Assembly: GCA_045601385.1 (NCBI GenBank)
Contig: JAZRZM010000003.1
Span: 60,308 to 124,307 of the forward strand
Length of the DNA stretch: 64,000 nucleotides
Direction: 5' to 3'
Source: Clostridia bacterium
Lineage (GTDB): Bacteria; Bacillota; Clostridia; Christensenellales; DTU072
In this document: in pieces, positions 19,396 to 27,612 of the stretch
Layout of the letters: the number at the start of each line of letters is the position of its first letter
Numbering within the stretch: position 1 is the first letter of the stretch
Translations under genes and position numbers: made by a program
The notes under the pieces: generated by a model
The model's database searches: none
What the model saw: the letters and a program-made list of their open reading frames with translations, nothing else
Told to the model about the DNA's origin: nothing

Positions 19396-20895
19396 ATGAA
19401 AAAAAAGCAAAAAAAAGACATTCTCTTTAAGTGCGCCGTCGTATTGGTTCTTCTTGTATTTATCGGGCTGGTGACAGCGACTTTCATCTTGAAAGACGAA
19501 AAAAAACAGGATTGGACATACTCTATCGATTCGCAAGAAACAGACTACTACCGAACCGACGATAATGAATACAGTTTTTTATGCGTATCCGCTTTCAAAG
19601 AAGCGCTTATGTCCTATTTAGGCAAGCAGACTTTAATAAAGGAATATTTGACCGTCGATTCCACGGTAAAAGATTTTTGCAATAAAATCGTCCGCGCTTT
19701 TTCGATAGCACGTGTTCCCGCGGAAAAATTGCAGGCGATAGCCGACGTCATGAACGATAATTCTTTATCGAAACTTCTTGACGATTATATCGATACCGTA
19801 AACGGATTCGGCTCTTTCAAATCATGGGCGGAGAACGCGGCGACGAACCTTTCTCAAATCGACCTGATCACGGTTTGTGCCGGTTTTGTTAACTCTTTTT
19901 TAACCCTGACAACGCTGACGGAAAACGAGTTTTCACGCATTTTATATCATTATCTGAATACGTATGCTTCCGAAGAATACAAAAAGACGTTACGCCTATA
20001 CGATATGTCATATGTTTTAAGTTTGTTTTCCGATACATTTTTTGCATTACGACTGCTCGGCAATACCGATACGTCGGCAAATGACGGCTTTTTTAAGACA
20101 AATGCCATTCGCTCGGCTTTGTACGAACTTTCTTCTTTGTATTGTCGGACGGACGAAATATCCGATAAAAACGCTTTTGACAAACTGCTTGGGTTGCCCG
20201 AACGAATTCCCGACGAATTGGGAAAAGAGATGAAAGACGAAATCGATTATTATTATAGCGATTGCTTCGGATCGGTCGGAAAACTCTTCTTTCTTATCGG
20301 AACCGTTTTGAGAAATTTTTCGGAAAAAACACTGAATGATTTTTCCGAATATAATCTTTATGTAAACGCCGAAAAAGAGGATATAGATCGTTTGCAAAAA
20401 AAATTGGCAAACACGTCAATAACCGAAGAAGAAACCGTCCTATTGGTGGAAAAATTAAAGATTCTGAATGCAAAAAAAATTGTTTATGCCCTGGATATTG
20501 CTTCCGTAACAAAAAAAAGTTTGGATGAAATATGCGTAATAAAAAAGGACGAATATGAAGAGCCGAGCGATATTCTTGAATATTTTTCCGATTCGATATA
20601 TGATTTAAGAGAAGTTGTTTATTTTATTTCGGATAAAGATTCCGTATCAAAAGAAAACGCAAAGAAAATGATTCGGGACAGTTTCGATCGCTTTTCTTCC
20701 GCTTTATCTTTTCTTTCCGAATTCGATTATACGTACGACGAAATTCTGGCAATGGATACTTCGAGCACGAAGTATAGTCAATTGATCGAAAGTGCCGAAA
20801 ATATCAATGCGTTCAGGGATATTTTGTCCCTTTATTTTAATTCGCAGTTCTCGATTCTGCTGACATACGGATTATATACAAAAGGATTATTGTAA
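19396..20895 (+). CDS. Hypothetical N-terminally membrane-anchored helical protein (499 aa)
   Basis: Long ORF 2 nt after the MPE gene. One N-terminal hydrophobic helix (AVVLVLLVFIGLVTATFIL). The rest is Leu/Ser/Asp/Glu-rich with no recognisable catalytic motif. Confidence 0.75.
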   Translation: MKKKQKKDILFKCAVVLVLLVFIGLVTATFILKDEKKQDWTYSIDSQETDYYRTDDNEYSFLCVSAFKEALMSYLGKQTLIKEYLTVDSTVKDFCNKIVRAFSIARVPAEKLQAIADVMNDNSLSKLLDDYIDTVNGFGSFKSWAENAATNLSQIDLITVCAGFVNSFLTLTTLTENEFSRILYHYLNTYASEEYKKTLRLYDMSYVLSLFSDTFFALRLLGNTDTSANDGFFKTNAIRSALYELSSLYCRTDEISDKNAFDKLLGLPERIPDELGKEMKDEIDYYYSDCFGSVGKLFFLIGTVLRNFSEKTLNDFSEYNLYVNAEKEDIDRLQKKLANTSITEEETVLLVEKLKILNAKKIVYALDIASVTKKSLDEICVIKKDEYEEPSDILEYFSDSIYDLREVVYFISDKDSVSKENAKKMIRDSFDRFSSALSFLSEFDYTYDEILAMDTSSTKYSQLIESAENINAFRDILSLYFNSQFSILLTYGLYTKGLL

Positions 20896-20896
20896 T

Positions 20897-21586
20897 ATGA
20901 GTAAAATTCTGACGGCAAATAATATAACGAAAGTTTTTCCCGAAAACAACCAAACGATTCTGAAAGGAGTATCGCTGTCGGTTGAAGAAGGGGACTTTAT
21001 CAGCATCCTGGGTGCTTCCGGCAGTGGAAAAACGACCTTATTAAGTCTTCTTGGCGGAATGGATAAAGCGACGTCGGGTGAAATACGTTTCGAAGGATCG
21101 GAACTCGGTAAAATGAAAGAAAAAGACCTCGCCGCACTTCGTCGAACAAAAATCGGTTTCGTATTCCAATTTTTTAATCTTGCCCCGTATCTTACCGTAA
21201 AAGAAAATATTCTTTTACCTCTTATACTTGACGGAAAAAATCTGAAAACATATGATAAAAAATATCGGGAATTGATAAAATACTTTAATATCGAGCATAT
21301 CGAATCCAAATTGCCGCGCTATTTATCCGGCGGCGAACAACAAAGAGTTGCCATAGCAAGGAGCCTTATTTATTCGCCGAAAATTATTTTTTTGGATGAG
21401 CCGACCGGTAATCTCGACAGCGGAAACGCTCTGGAAATCATGAATCTTCTTGCAAGAATCAATCAAGAAACGGGAACAACCGTATTGCAAGTAACCCATA
21501 ACGAACAGAATACTACGTTCGGGAACCGCGTCCTTCGTATTGTTGACGGAAAAATCGTCGAAGAGTCGGCAGAGGAAAAAGAATGA
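20897..21586 (+). CDS. ABC transporter ATP-binding protein, MacB/LolD/FtsE-like
   Basis: Walker A GASGSGKTT, signature LSGGEQQRVAIAR, Walker B IIFLDEPTGNLD, and FVFQFFNL typical of the MacB family. Confidence 0.92.
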   Translation: MSKILTANNITKVFPENNQTILKGVSLSVEEGDFISILGASGSGKTTLLSLLGGMDKATSGEIRFEGSELGKMKEKDLAALRRTKIGFVFQFFNLAPYLTVKENILLPLILDGKNLKTYDKKYRELIKYFNIEHIESKLPRYLSGGEQQRVAIARSLIYSPKIIFLDEPTGNLDSGNALEIMNLLARINQETGTTVLQVTHNEQNTTFGNRVLRIVDGKIVEESAEEKE

Positions 21587-24039
21587 AAATCATTTTTTAT
21601 CACACTTTGCGTAGTATAAAAGATAATTTCGGACAAATCTTTGTCATTTTTATCACCATTTCTATGGTGACGATGCTCTTTTTTGCTACGCTTATTCTGC
21701 GCGATTTATTTTATAATATTCAGTTTTCAATGGCGTCGCGTCTATGTCTTGACGCACAAATCGAGGTAAAAGGGGACTTGTTTTCTTCGACAGAATTGAA
21801 AGAAACGATGGAAAACAGTCTGTTTGAGACCGAATACATTGACGAGTATCTCGAATTAACGGGTTTATTGCAAAGCAAAGACAATTCGTACGAAAAAGCC
21901 GTTTCTATCGAAGCGACCGATTTATCCCAATACAAACGACTGCACGGTGATTCGCTCGTGTTCAAAAAAGGCATATCGGACGGCGACCGTTATTTATACG
22001 AACAGGTTTGGATCGATTCTGCTTTTGCCCAACAAATGGGTTTGGATGTAGGCGATACGGTGAATATATATATTGCTACTTATGACGCCTTTTGTCCCTA
22101 TACCGTTACGTATATTTTTGACGAAAAAGGAATATTCGCCAATACGACGATGAATAATGTACTGGTAGACTTTTCTTCGGTAGGTAACGCCGGACTTATT
22201 ACCAATGCTTTTATACGCGCAAAAGACGAAGATGTGGACGGAATTATACAATATCTCAATGAAAATTTCTCGAACGAATCCATATCGATCGGAGACAGTA
22301 TCGATTATGCGTATATCGACGCCCTTGTCGAAAGCAACGAACGCCTCGTTACGATCGTCTTTTCGTTTGTGCTTGCGCTTGTCGTATTTATTTTGATTAC
22401 TTCTTATCAGGTCGTTTTTCGAAAAAGAACTTCGGAATTGAGAATATTCCGTTCGGTCGGGGCTTCCAACGGGCAAACGATTCTTATATTGCTTGCCGAA
22501 GCCCTTTTTTGCGGCGTTATCGGCAGTTTGTTCGGAATCGCGCTTGCACGCTTTTTGCTGCAACTTGTATCAAATGTTGTTATTCCGACGTTTCATAACG
22601 CAATCGTATTTTCGTTTGGCGACTATATCTGCGCTTTTTTGGCAGGCGTATTTTTATCTGTTGCCGGCGCCGTGTTCCCGATTCTTTTTCTTGTCAGACG
22701 ATCGACGAAACATACCGATTCTTTTTGGATTTCCGAACCGAAAAACAAAATGCTTTTCGCTTTGATTCCTTTTGTGGCTGTTATCGGTTTTTGTTTGTGG
22801 GCAATTATCGAAAGAGCGGGGAATATCGTTTTGTTGTCGCTTTTATTGATCGTTTCATCGGGGCTTTTTGTTTATATATTTACGCCTTTTGTATTGAAAT
22901 GTTTTTCCGTTCCGTTCCGTAAAAAAGGCGTTGCTCGCGTCGCGTCTTCTACTGTTTGGCGTAATAAAAACGCCGTTAATCTGACCGCAATGCTTTCTAT
23001 CGTCATTGTTTTTTCTTTTATCGTCGTAAGTATCGTATCCATTATTATCGACGCAGTCAAACCGGCAGGGGCTCGCTTCGACGGAGATTTTGTCGTACAG
23101 AGTATTTCCGCCGAAACGGATATGGAACAAGTCGCGACCGATATTCGCAATACATACGGCGTATCTGCCGCCTATTTGTATCGGTCTCAAACATTCGATA
23201 TAATAGCGGACAATAAAGAGACGGAGTATACCGTCTATGCTTTGTCGGACGGCAGGGGACTCGACAAACTTACGACGGGCATATCCGAAAAAGAACGCGA
23301 AATATTTTCATCGGAGGAAGACAGCGTAATTCTCGGTTACGATCTTTCCGTCCGATTAGGATTGAATAAGGGCGACCGAATTATCCTGAATGTCGATTCG
23401 AGAGGGAATACCGAATATAAAATCGTAGGAATCGATAAGACCGTAACGCAAAACGACCGCGTTTGTTTTATTATGGCGACGGACGATATGCACTTTGAAA
23501 ACAGTTTTATTCTTGCCGACGTACAAAATAATGTAATTATCGACGACATTTATTCCGAATTACACGATAAACTACTTACGCAATATTGTTATATCATGGC
23601 TTACGACGACTGGGCAGGTGCGACCACGGTCGGCATAAACGGTATCGATTTGCTTCTTCGCTTATTGCAAGCCTTCGTCATAACGGTCTCCTTTATCGGA
23701 ATAATCAATATGACGCTTTCTATGCAACTCGATCGAAAAAAAGAACGTCTTGTTTTGAACGCCGTCGGTATCGACTCAAAAAAGTCGTTTTTCTTGGCCC
23801 TTTCGGAAGGGAGTATCATCGCATCATCCGCCGCGATAATCGGACTTTTTTTGTCGTTTGCTTTCAACCTTACACTGCCGGAACTCGGACGGATAATCGA
23901 CAGATACCTTTTGCCGGAACTTTTTCCCAAATCTTTGCCGATCATTACGCTCATTGTGGCGGCGATATATATTCTTTGTTACATCCTTGTCACCGTTCCG
24001 CTTCTTGACCGAAAAAAAACGAATACAAAGTCGGTATAA
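21583..24039 (+). CDS. ABC transporter permease with duplicated FtsX/MacB-type modules (818 aa)
   Basis: 4-nt overlap with the ATPase gene. Two repeats of TM, large extracytoplasmic domain, then a 3-TM bundle (FtsX-like architecture), with extra TMs between the repeats. Confidence 0.85.
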   Translation: MKIIFYHTLRSIKDNFGQIFVIFITISMVTMLFFATLILRDLFYNIQFSMASRLCLDAQIEVKGDLFSSTELKETMENSLFETEYIDEYLELTGLLQSKDNSYEKAVSIEATDLSQYKRLHGDSLVFKKGISDGDRYLYEQVWIDSAFAQQMGLDVGDTVNIYIATYDAFCPYTVTYIFDEKGIFANTTMNNVLVDFSSVGNAGLITNAFIRAKDEDVDGIIQYLNENFSNESISIGDSIDYAYIDALVESNERLVTIVFSFVLALVVFILITSYQVVFRKRTSELRIFRSVGASNGQTILILLAEALFCGVIGSLFGIALARFLLQLVSNVVIPTFHNAIVFSFGDYICAFLAGVFLSVAGAVFPILFLVRRSTKHTDSFWISEPKNKMLFALIPFVAVIGFCLWAIIERAGNIVLLSLLLIVSSGLFVYIFTPFVLKCFSVPFRKKGVARVASSTVWRNKNAVNLTAMLSIVIVFSFIVVSIVSIIIDAVKPAGARFDGDFVVQSISAETDMEQVATDIRNTYGVSAAYLYRSQTFDIIADNKETEYTVYALSDGRGLDKLTTGISEKEREIFSSEEDSVILGYDLSVRLGLNKGDRIILNVDSRGNTEYKIVGIDKTVTQNDRVCFIMATDDMHFENSFILADVQNNVIIDDIYSELHDKLLTQYCYIMAYDDWAGATTVGINGIDLLLRLLQAFVITVSFIGIINMTLSMQLDRKKERLVLNAVGIDSKKSFFLALSEGSIIASSAAIIGLFLSFAFNLTLPELGRIIDRYLLPELFPKSLPIITLIVAAIYILCYILVTVPLLDRKKTNTKSV

Positions 24040-24094
24040 AGTGAAAAACGCTTGCAAATAAACAAAAGATATGGTAAAGTAAATATCGTCATAC

Positions 24095-24169
24095 GGCTCC
24101 ATGGTCAAGCGGTTAAGACACCGCCCTCTCACGGCGGTTTCAGGAGTTCGAATCTCCTTGGAGTCACCA
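24095..24169 (+). tRNA. tRNA-Glu (anticodon CUC), CCA encoded
   Basis: Hand-folded cloverleaf: acceptor GGCTCCA/TGGAGTC, 3-bp D stem, anticodon stem CCGCC/GGCGG with loop CTCTCAC (anticodon CTC), T arm AGGAG-TTCGAAT-CTCCT, 3' ACCA. The body is very similar to Bacillus tRNA-Glu. Confidence 0.9.
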
Positions 24170-24200
24170 AAAAAGGACATCCTTTTGGATGTCCTTTTTC
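24169..24200. terminator. Bidirectional intrinsic terminator
   Basis: A-run, GGACATCC-TTTT-GGATGTCC (24175-24194), T-run. It lies between the tRNA/ABC operon (+) and the convergent lipoprotein gene (-). Confidence 0.85.
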
Positions 24201-24216
24201 TTACTTATTCGCACAT

Positions 24217-26058
24217 TCATTTGGCGGCTTTTACAGTGTCATACGGAACAAAAGAATCTCCGTCAGAATTTACGGTCAACGAATAATCGAGTTTAATCTG
24301 TGCTTTTTTTGACGCGCTATAATCCGTTGAATCTGCAAAAGAGGTTGTGGTATTACCGTCGATTTTTATTTGAATTTCGTCAAGAACGCCGCCTTTTATA
24401 TTGACAACAAGTTTGCCTGTACTTAAAGAAATCGAAGAATCGTCAAAATCTCCGAAAATATCGACATCGACGGTCGCTTTTGATAAAGGATCCAAATCAA
24501 GAACCGTATCAAACCAATGAAGAAGAGCGGAGACGCCCGTACAGGTTAATCCGAAAGAATAAGAGGTAACGCCGTCTTTAACGGTTTTTTCCGCAAAAGA
24601 ATACTCGCCGGAATGTGAAAGAACATCGAAAAGATAATAAGAGGTATTTTCGCTCGGCGTAAAATCCGTTATTTGCGTCGTGTTATCCTGAAGTAGTTTC
24701 TTTTCTATTAAATAGACGTCGCCGTTTGATAATTTTGTCTGCTTGACATGTACGTCGTCGATTCCGGCAGATTTATATAAATCTTTGTTTTTATAATCGC
24801 TGTCGATTTCAATATCATTATGAAAGAACACTTCCTTTCCTTCAATTTTTCGGAAAGCGGAACCTTTGAAAGTGGAATTAATTTCCGATGAAGTAATGCC
24901 GTAATCTACGCCGGTTTTTACTTCAAAATCATATCCCGATTGCGATTTGCTTCTGAAAGCTTCTATAAAGGCTGTCGCATCTTTCTTTTGATTCGCAATT
25001 TCTTCGGGAGTAAGCGCAACGCCGGAAAAAGTCTTCGGAACGATTGTTTTTGCCGTTCCCGAATCGGTAAAAGTAAGATTATAAACCAAACTTAATTCCA
25101 AGCTTGTAACACTTATTTTCATTTCGTATTTATAAGATGAAATCTTTCCGTCTGAAAAAGTAACGTACATTCCGGTATCAACCGCGGTATCGGGCAATTC
25201 TCCGATAATTTTAACAACCATAGGATTATTTATATTATTACCGATTAAAGATATAACAGTCGACGCATTCAACGCGGTTTTCAATTTGTAAACGTTTTTC
25301 TGCTCGGTAGGGGAAATAGTTTTTAACTGTTCGTCGGAATAAGTAAATACGGCTTTTGCAAAAGAAGAAGAATCGTATTTGTAATCGGCGTCGACTTCTT
25401 CGACGGAATATGATTTAAGTTTGTCATTTTCATCCAAGGATACATGCTGTAAAGTGGTACCCCGACGAATAAGATACTTTGATCCATCGTAAAAGAGAAT
25501 GCCGGAATTGGTGTGTTCATCATAAAAATTTACCTCTCCCGCATTGCTGTATTGCGCTGTTCCGACAGTTTTTCCTTTTAATTGTACCAAACTGTACGTT
25601 GCGTTGATATCAAGCGTATAGGCATATTCAAAACCGGGTACATTCTCGCCGATTGTATTGTTGCGGGCTTTTTTGAAAGCGTCCTGATAATCGAAAAATT
25701 GAGCATATATTGTGATATCTTCGTTGACAGTCAAAGGGAACTGTACTTTGCTTTGAAAAACGCTATCATAAAACCAACCGCCGAAAATGCAACCTGCTTT
25801 TGTCGGATCCGACGGTTTGGAAATACTTTTTCCTTTTTCTACTTTGAGTTTGTCTATCGCAGTGTTTGCAAAAGTCACATTTTTATATTCTATTGTCAGA
25901 TCATTGGTTTTATTCCCCGTTTCGCCGGGTTCTTCGATGTTTTGCTGAATACCATTTGAGGGTTGATTCGCGTCTTCTTGTTCGGTACAGGAAACGGCAA
26001 ATAAAAGAAATGCCGTAAGAAGACAAAGAACGGTTAATAAACGAATACTTTTTTTCAT
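24217..26058 (-). CDS. Lipoprotein (613 aa) with one N-terminal Listeria-Bacteroides repeat and a large uncharacterised beta-rich domain
   Basis: Signal peptide plus lipobox (FAVSC). Repeat KVEKGKSISKPSDPTKAGCIFGGWF..ITIYAQF. No motif recognised in the remainder. Confidence 0.8.
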   Translation of the reverse strand: MKKSIRLLTVLCLLTAFLLFAVSCTEQEDANQPSNGIQQNIEEPGETGNKTNDLTIEYKNVTFANTAIDKLKVEKGKSISKPSDPTKAGCIFGGWFYDSVFQSKVQFPLTVNEDITIYAQFFDYQDAFKKARNNTIGENVPGFEYAYTLDINATYSLVQLKGKTVGTAQYSNAGEVNFYDEHTNSGILFYDGSKYLIRRGTTLQHVSLDENDKLKSYSVEEVDADYKYDSSSFAKAVFTYSDEQLKTISPTEQKNVYKLKTALNASTVISLIGNNINNPMVVKIIGELPDTAVDTGMYVTFSDGKISSYKYEMKISVTSLELSLVYNLTFTDSGTAKTIVPKTFSGVALTPEEIANQKKDATAFIEAFRSKSQSGYDFEVKTGVDYGITSSEINSTFKGSAFRKIEGKEVFFHNDIEIDSDYKNKDLYKSAGIDDVHVKQTKLSNGDVYLIEKKLLQDNTTQITDFTPSENTSYYLFDVLSHSGEYSFAEKTVKDGVTSYSFGLTCTGVSALLHWFDTVLDLDPLSKATVDVDIFGDFDDSSISLSTGKLVVNIKGGVLDEIQIKIDGNTTTSFADSTDYSASKKAQIKLDYSLTVNSDGDSFVPYDTVKAAK

Positions 26059-26089
26059 TATAAATTATCTCCTTTTTATATTTTTGGAA

Positions 26090-26926
26090 TTAAAAAAACT
26101 TTTCTGATTTCTCCGGATGACGAATATTTTTTATAAGCGCAAACGGGTAAACAAAAACGCTTACCAACAATCCGATCGTTACGGCTATAAGAAAAGCGGC
26201 GACGGCAAGTAGTATACCTATAATACAAAACAGCAATTTGACTGTTATAAACCAGAATATTCCGTCGAGATCCAATGAAAAAATCAGTCCGGGGAATTTT
26301 ATAAAACCAAAAGAAAATATTGTTCCTATCATTTCCAAAACAAAATTGTTTTTAAGGAAAATACAGGACAGGAAAGGGAAAAACAATAAAGCCACAATAA
26401 TAAATCCGGCATTTGTTCCGGTTGAATAATCACCATTGACGACTAATAATATGGATATAAAAAGAATTATTGCCGTAATTATTCCACCCCAGATAAACGA
26501 CTTTTTTCTACATTTAATTCCGTATTTTATGTCTGCTTCTATTTTTGCCTTTTTTATTTTGTCGTCGCAACTTTTACATAAACAACTGTACGTTTTTCTT
26601 CTTGCGCCATGGGTTATCTTTACATAATCGTTAACATCTGTAATAACTTTTTTACACTTATCGCAAACGCCGAGTACAGCCGGAGCGGCTGTATATATTG
26701 TTTCCTTTTTTACTACCACTTCCGGTTTCGGCGCGGGGTGTCCGAACAGTTCGTCAATCGATACGCCGAAAATGTTTGCCAACTGGTTTAGCGTTGTCGC
26801 GGACGGTTCGGTATCGCCGCTTTCCCATCTCGATACTGCTTGCGGCGAAACGAACAGTTTGTCGGCAAGGTTCTTTTGCGTCATACCTGCCTTTTCTCTT
26901 AATTGTTTTAGGTTTTCAGAAATCAT
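26090..26926 (-). CDS. Membrane-tethered XRE-family HTH regulator with a Cys-rich (zinc-ribbon-like) linker and about 4 TM helices
   Basis: N-terminus LKQLREKAGMTQKNLADKLFVSPQAVSRWESGDTEPS..LANIFGVSIDELF (HTH_XRE). Then CDKCKK..CLCKSCDDK, followed by hydrophobic segments to the C-terminus. Confidence 0.85.
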   Translation of the reverse strand: MISENLKQLREKAGMTQKNLADKLFVSPQAVSRWESGDTEPSATTLNQLANIFGVSIDELFGHPAPKPEVVVKKETIYTAAPAVLGVCDKCKKVITDVNDYVKITHGARRKTYSCLCKSCDDKIKKAKIEADIKYGIKCRKKSFIWGGIITAIILFISILLVVNGDYSTGTNAGFIIVALLFFPFLSCIFLKNNFVLEMIGTIFSFGFIKFPGLIFSLDLDGIFWFITVKLLFCIIGILLAVAAFLIAVTIGLLVSVFVYPFALIKNIRHPEKSEKFF

Positions 26927-27147
26927 TTTTTATCCTCCTTGTTTCTCGTTTCAATTATCGCAAAACATCAACAAAATGTAAAGCAACAAAAAATTGAAAT
27001 CGCTAAACATTTTGTTTACTGAATTAAAATCGTTTCTTTATAGCATGCAATATAGAAATTATACATTCTTGTACAATATATGTCAAGAAAAATGAACGCA
27101 TAGAGAATATATAATTAATTATACTATATGTTACAATACTAATAAAG

Positions 27148-27468
27148 ATGAAAATAATAGATTGGAAAAAGGAATTCGGAAAAAGGCTGTTTTCTTTACG
27201 AGAAAAAAGGGGAGTTTCGGCAAGAAACATGAGCCTTTCTCTCGGTCAGGGAGCAAGCTATATAAATGGGATTGAAAACGGTCACAACCTTCCTTCCATG
27301 ACCTTGTTTTTCTATATTTGCGAATATCTCGAAATTGCACCCGAAGATTTTTTCAGTGAAGAATCAGACGATCCCGCCGCACTTAAACCGATTATTGAAG
27401 ATTTGAAAAATCTTAAACAGGATCAGATCGATGTTCTCGCCGCAATGCTTGAACAAATGAAAAAATAA
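27148..27468 (+). CDS. Small XRE-family HTH transcriptional regulator (106 aa)
   Basis: FGKRLFSLREKRGVSARNMSLSLGQGASYINGIENGHNLPSMTLFFYICEYLEIAPEDFF. Divergent from the membrane-tethered regulator. Confidence 0.85.
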   Translation: MKIIDWKKEFGKRLFSLREKRGVSARNMSLSLGQGASYINGIENGHNLPSMTLFFYICEYLEIAPEDFFSEESDDPAALKPIIEDLKNLKQDQIDVLAAMLEQMKK

Positions 27469-27514
27469 ACAACTGATTACGACCGCAAAATAATATAAAT
27501 TATACTCCATGCAA

Positions 27515-27552
27515 AAACTCGAACGATAATTGGCGTTTGAGTTTATTTTTTT
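27515..27552 (+). terminator. Intrinsic terminator after the small XRE gene
   Basis: AAACTCGAACG (27515-25) pairs with CGTTTGAGTTT (27534-44), 11 bp with one G-U, followed by a T-run. Confidence 0.7.
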
Positions 27553-27555
27553 AAT

Positions 27556-27584
27556 TTGACAAACTATTTTTCAAATGATAATAT
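27556..27584 (+). promoter_or_regulatory. sigma-70-type promoter of leuS
   Basis: TTGACA (27556-61), 17 nt spacer, TAATAT (27579-84). This leaves a leader of only about 20-30 nt before ATG 27613. Confidence 0.6.
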
Positions 27585-27612
27585 GGAGTTAAACTATTTT
27601 CAGAGGCTTATT

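Noticed and set aside
24052-24312. 86-aa and 61-aa ORFs covering the tRNA-Glu gene
   Set aside because: They are explained completely by the tRNA, its terminator and the 3' end of the convergent lipoprotein gene.
24095-27468. tRNA gene plus two XRE regulators as a prophage or integrative-element remnant
   Set aside because: No integrase, recombinase, excisionase, phage structural or replication gene is present, and I could not find a direct repeat of the tRNA 3' end. One XRE protein is a polytopic membrane protein, which is unlike a phage repressor. I kept only a weak boundary-marker remark.
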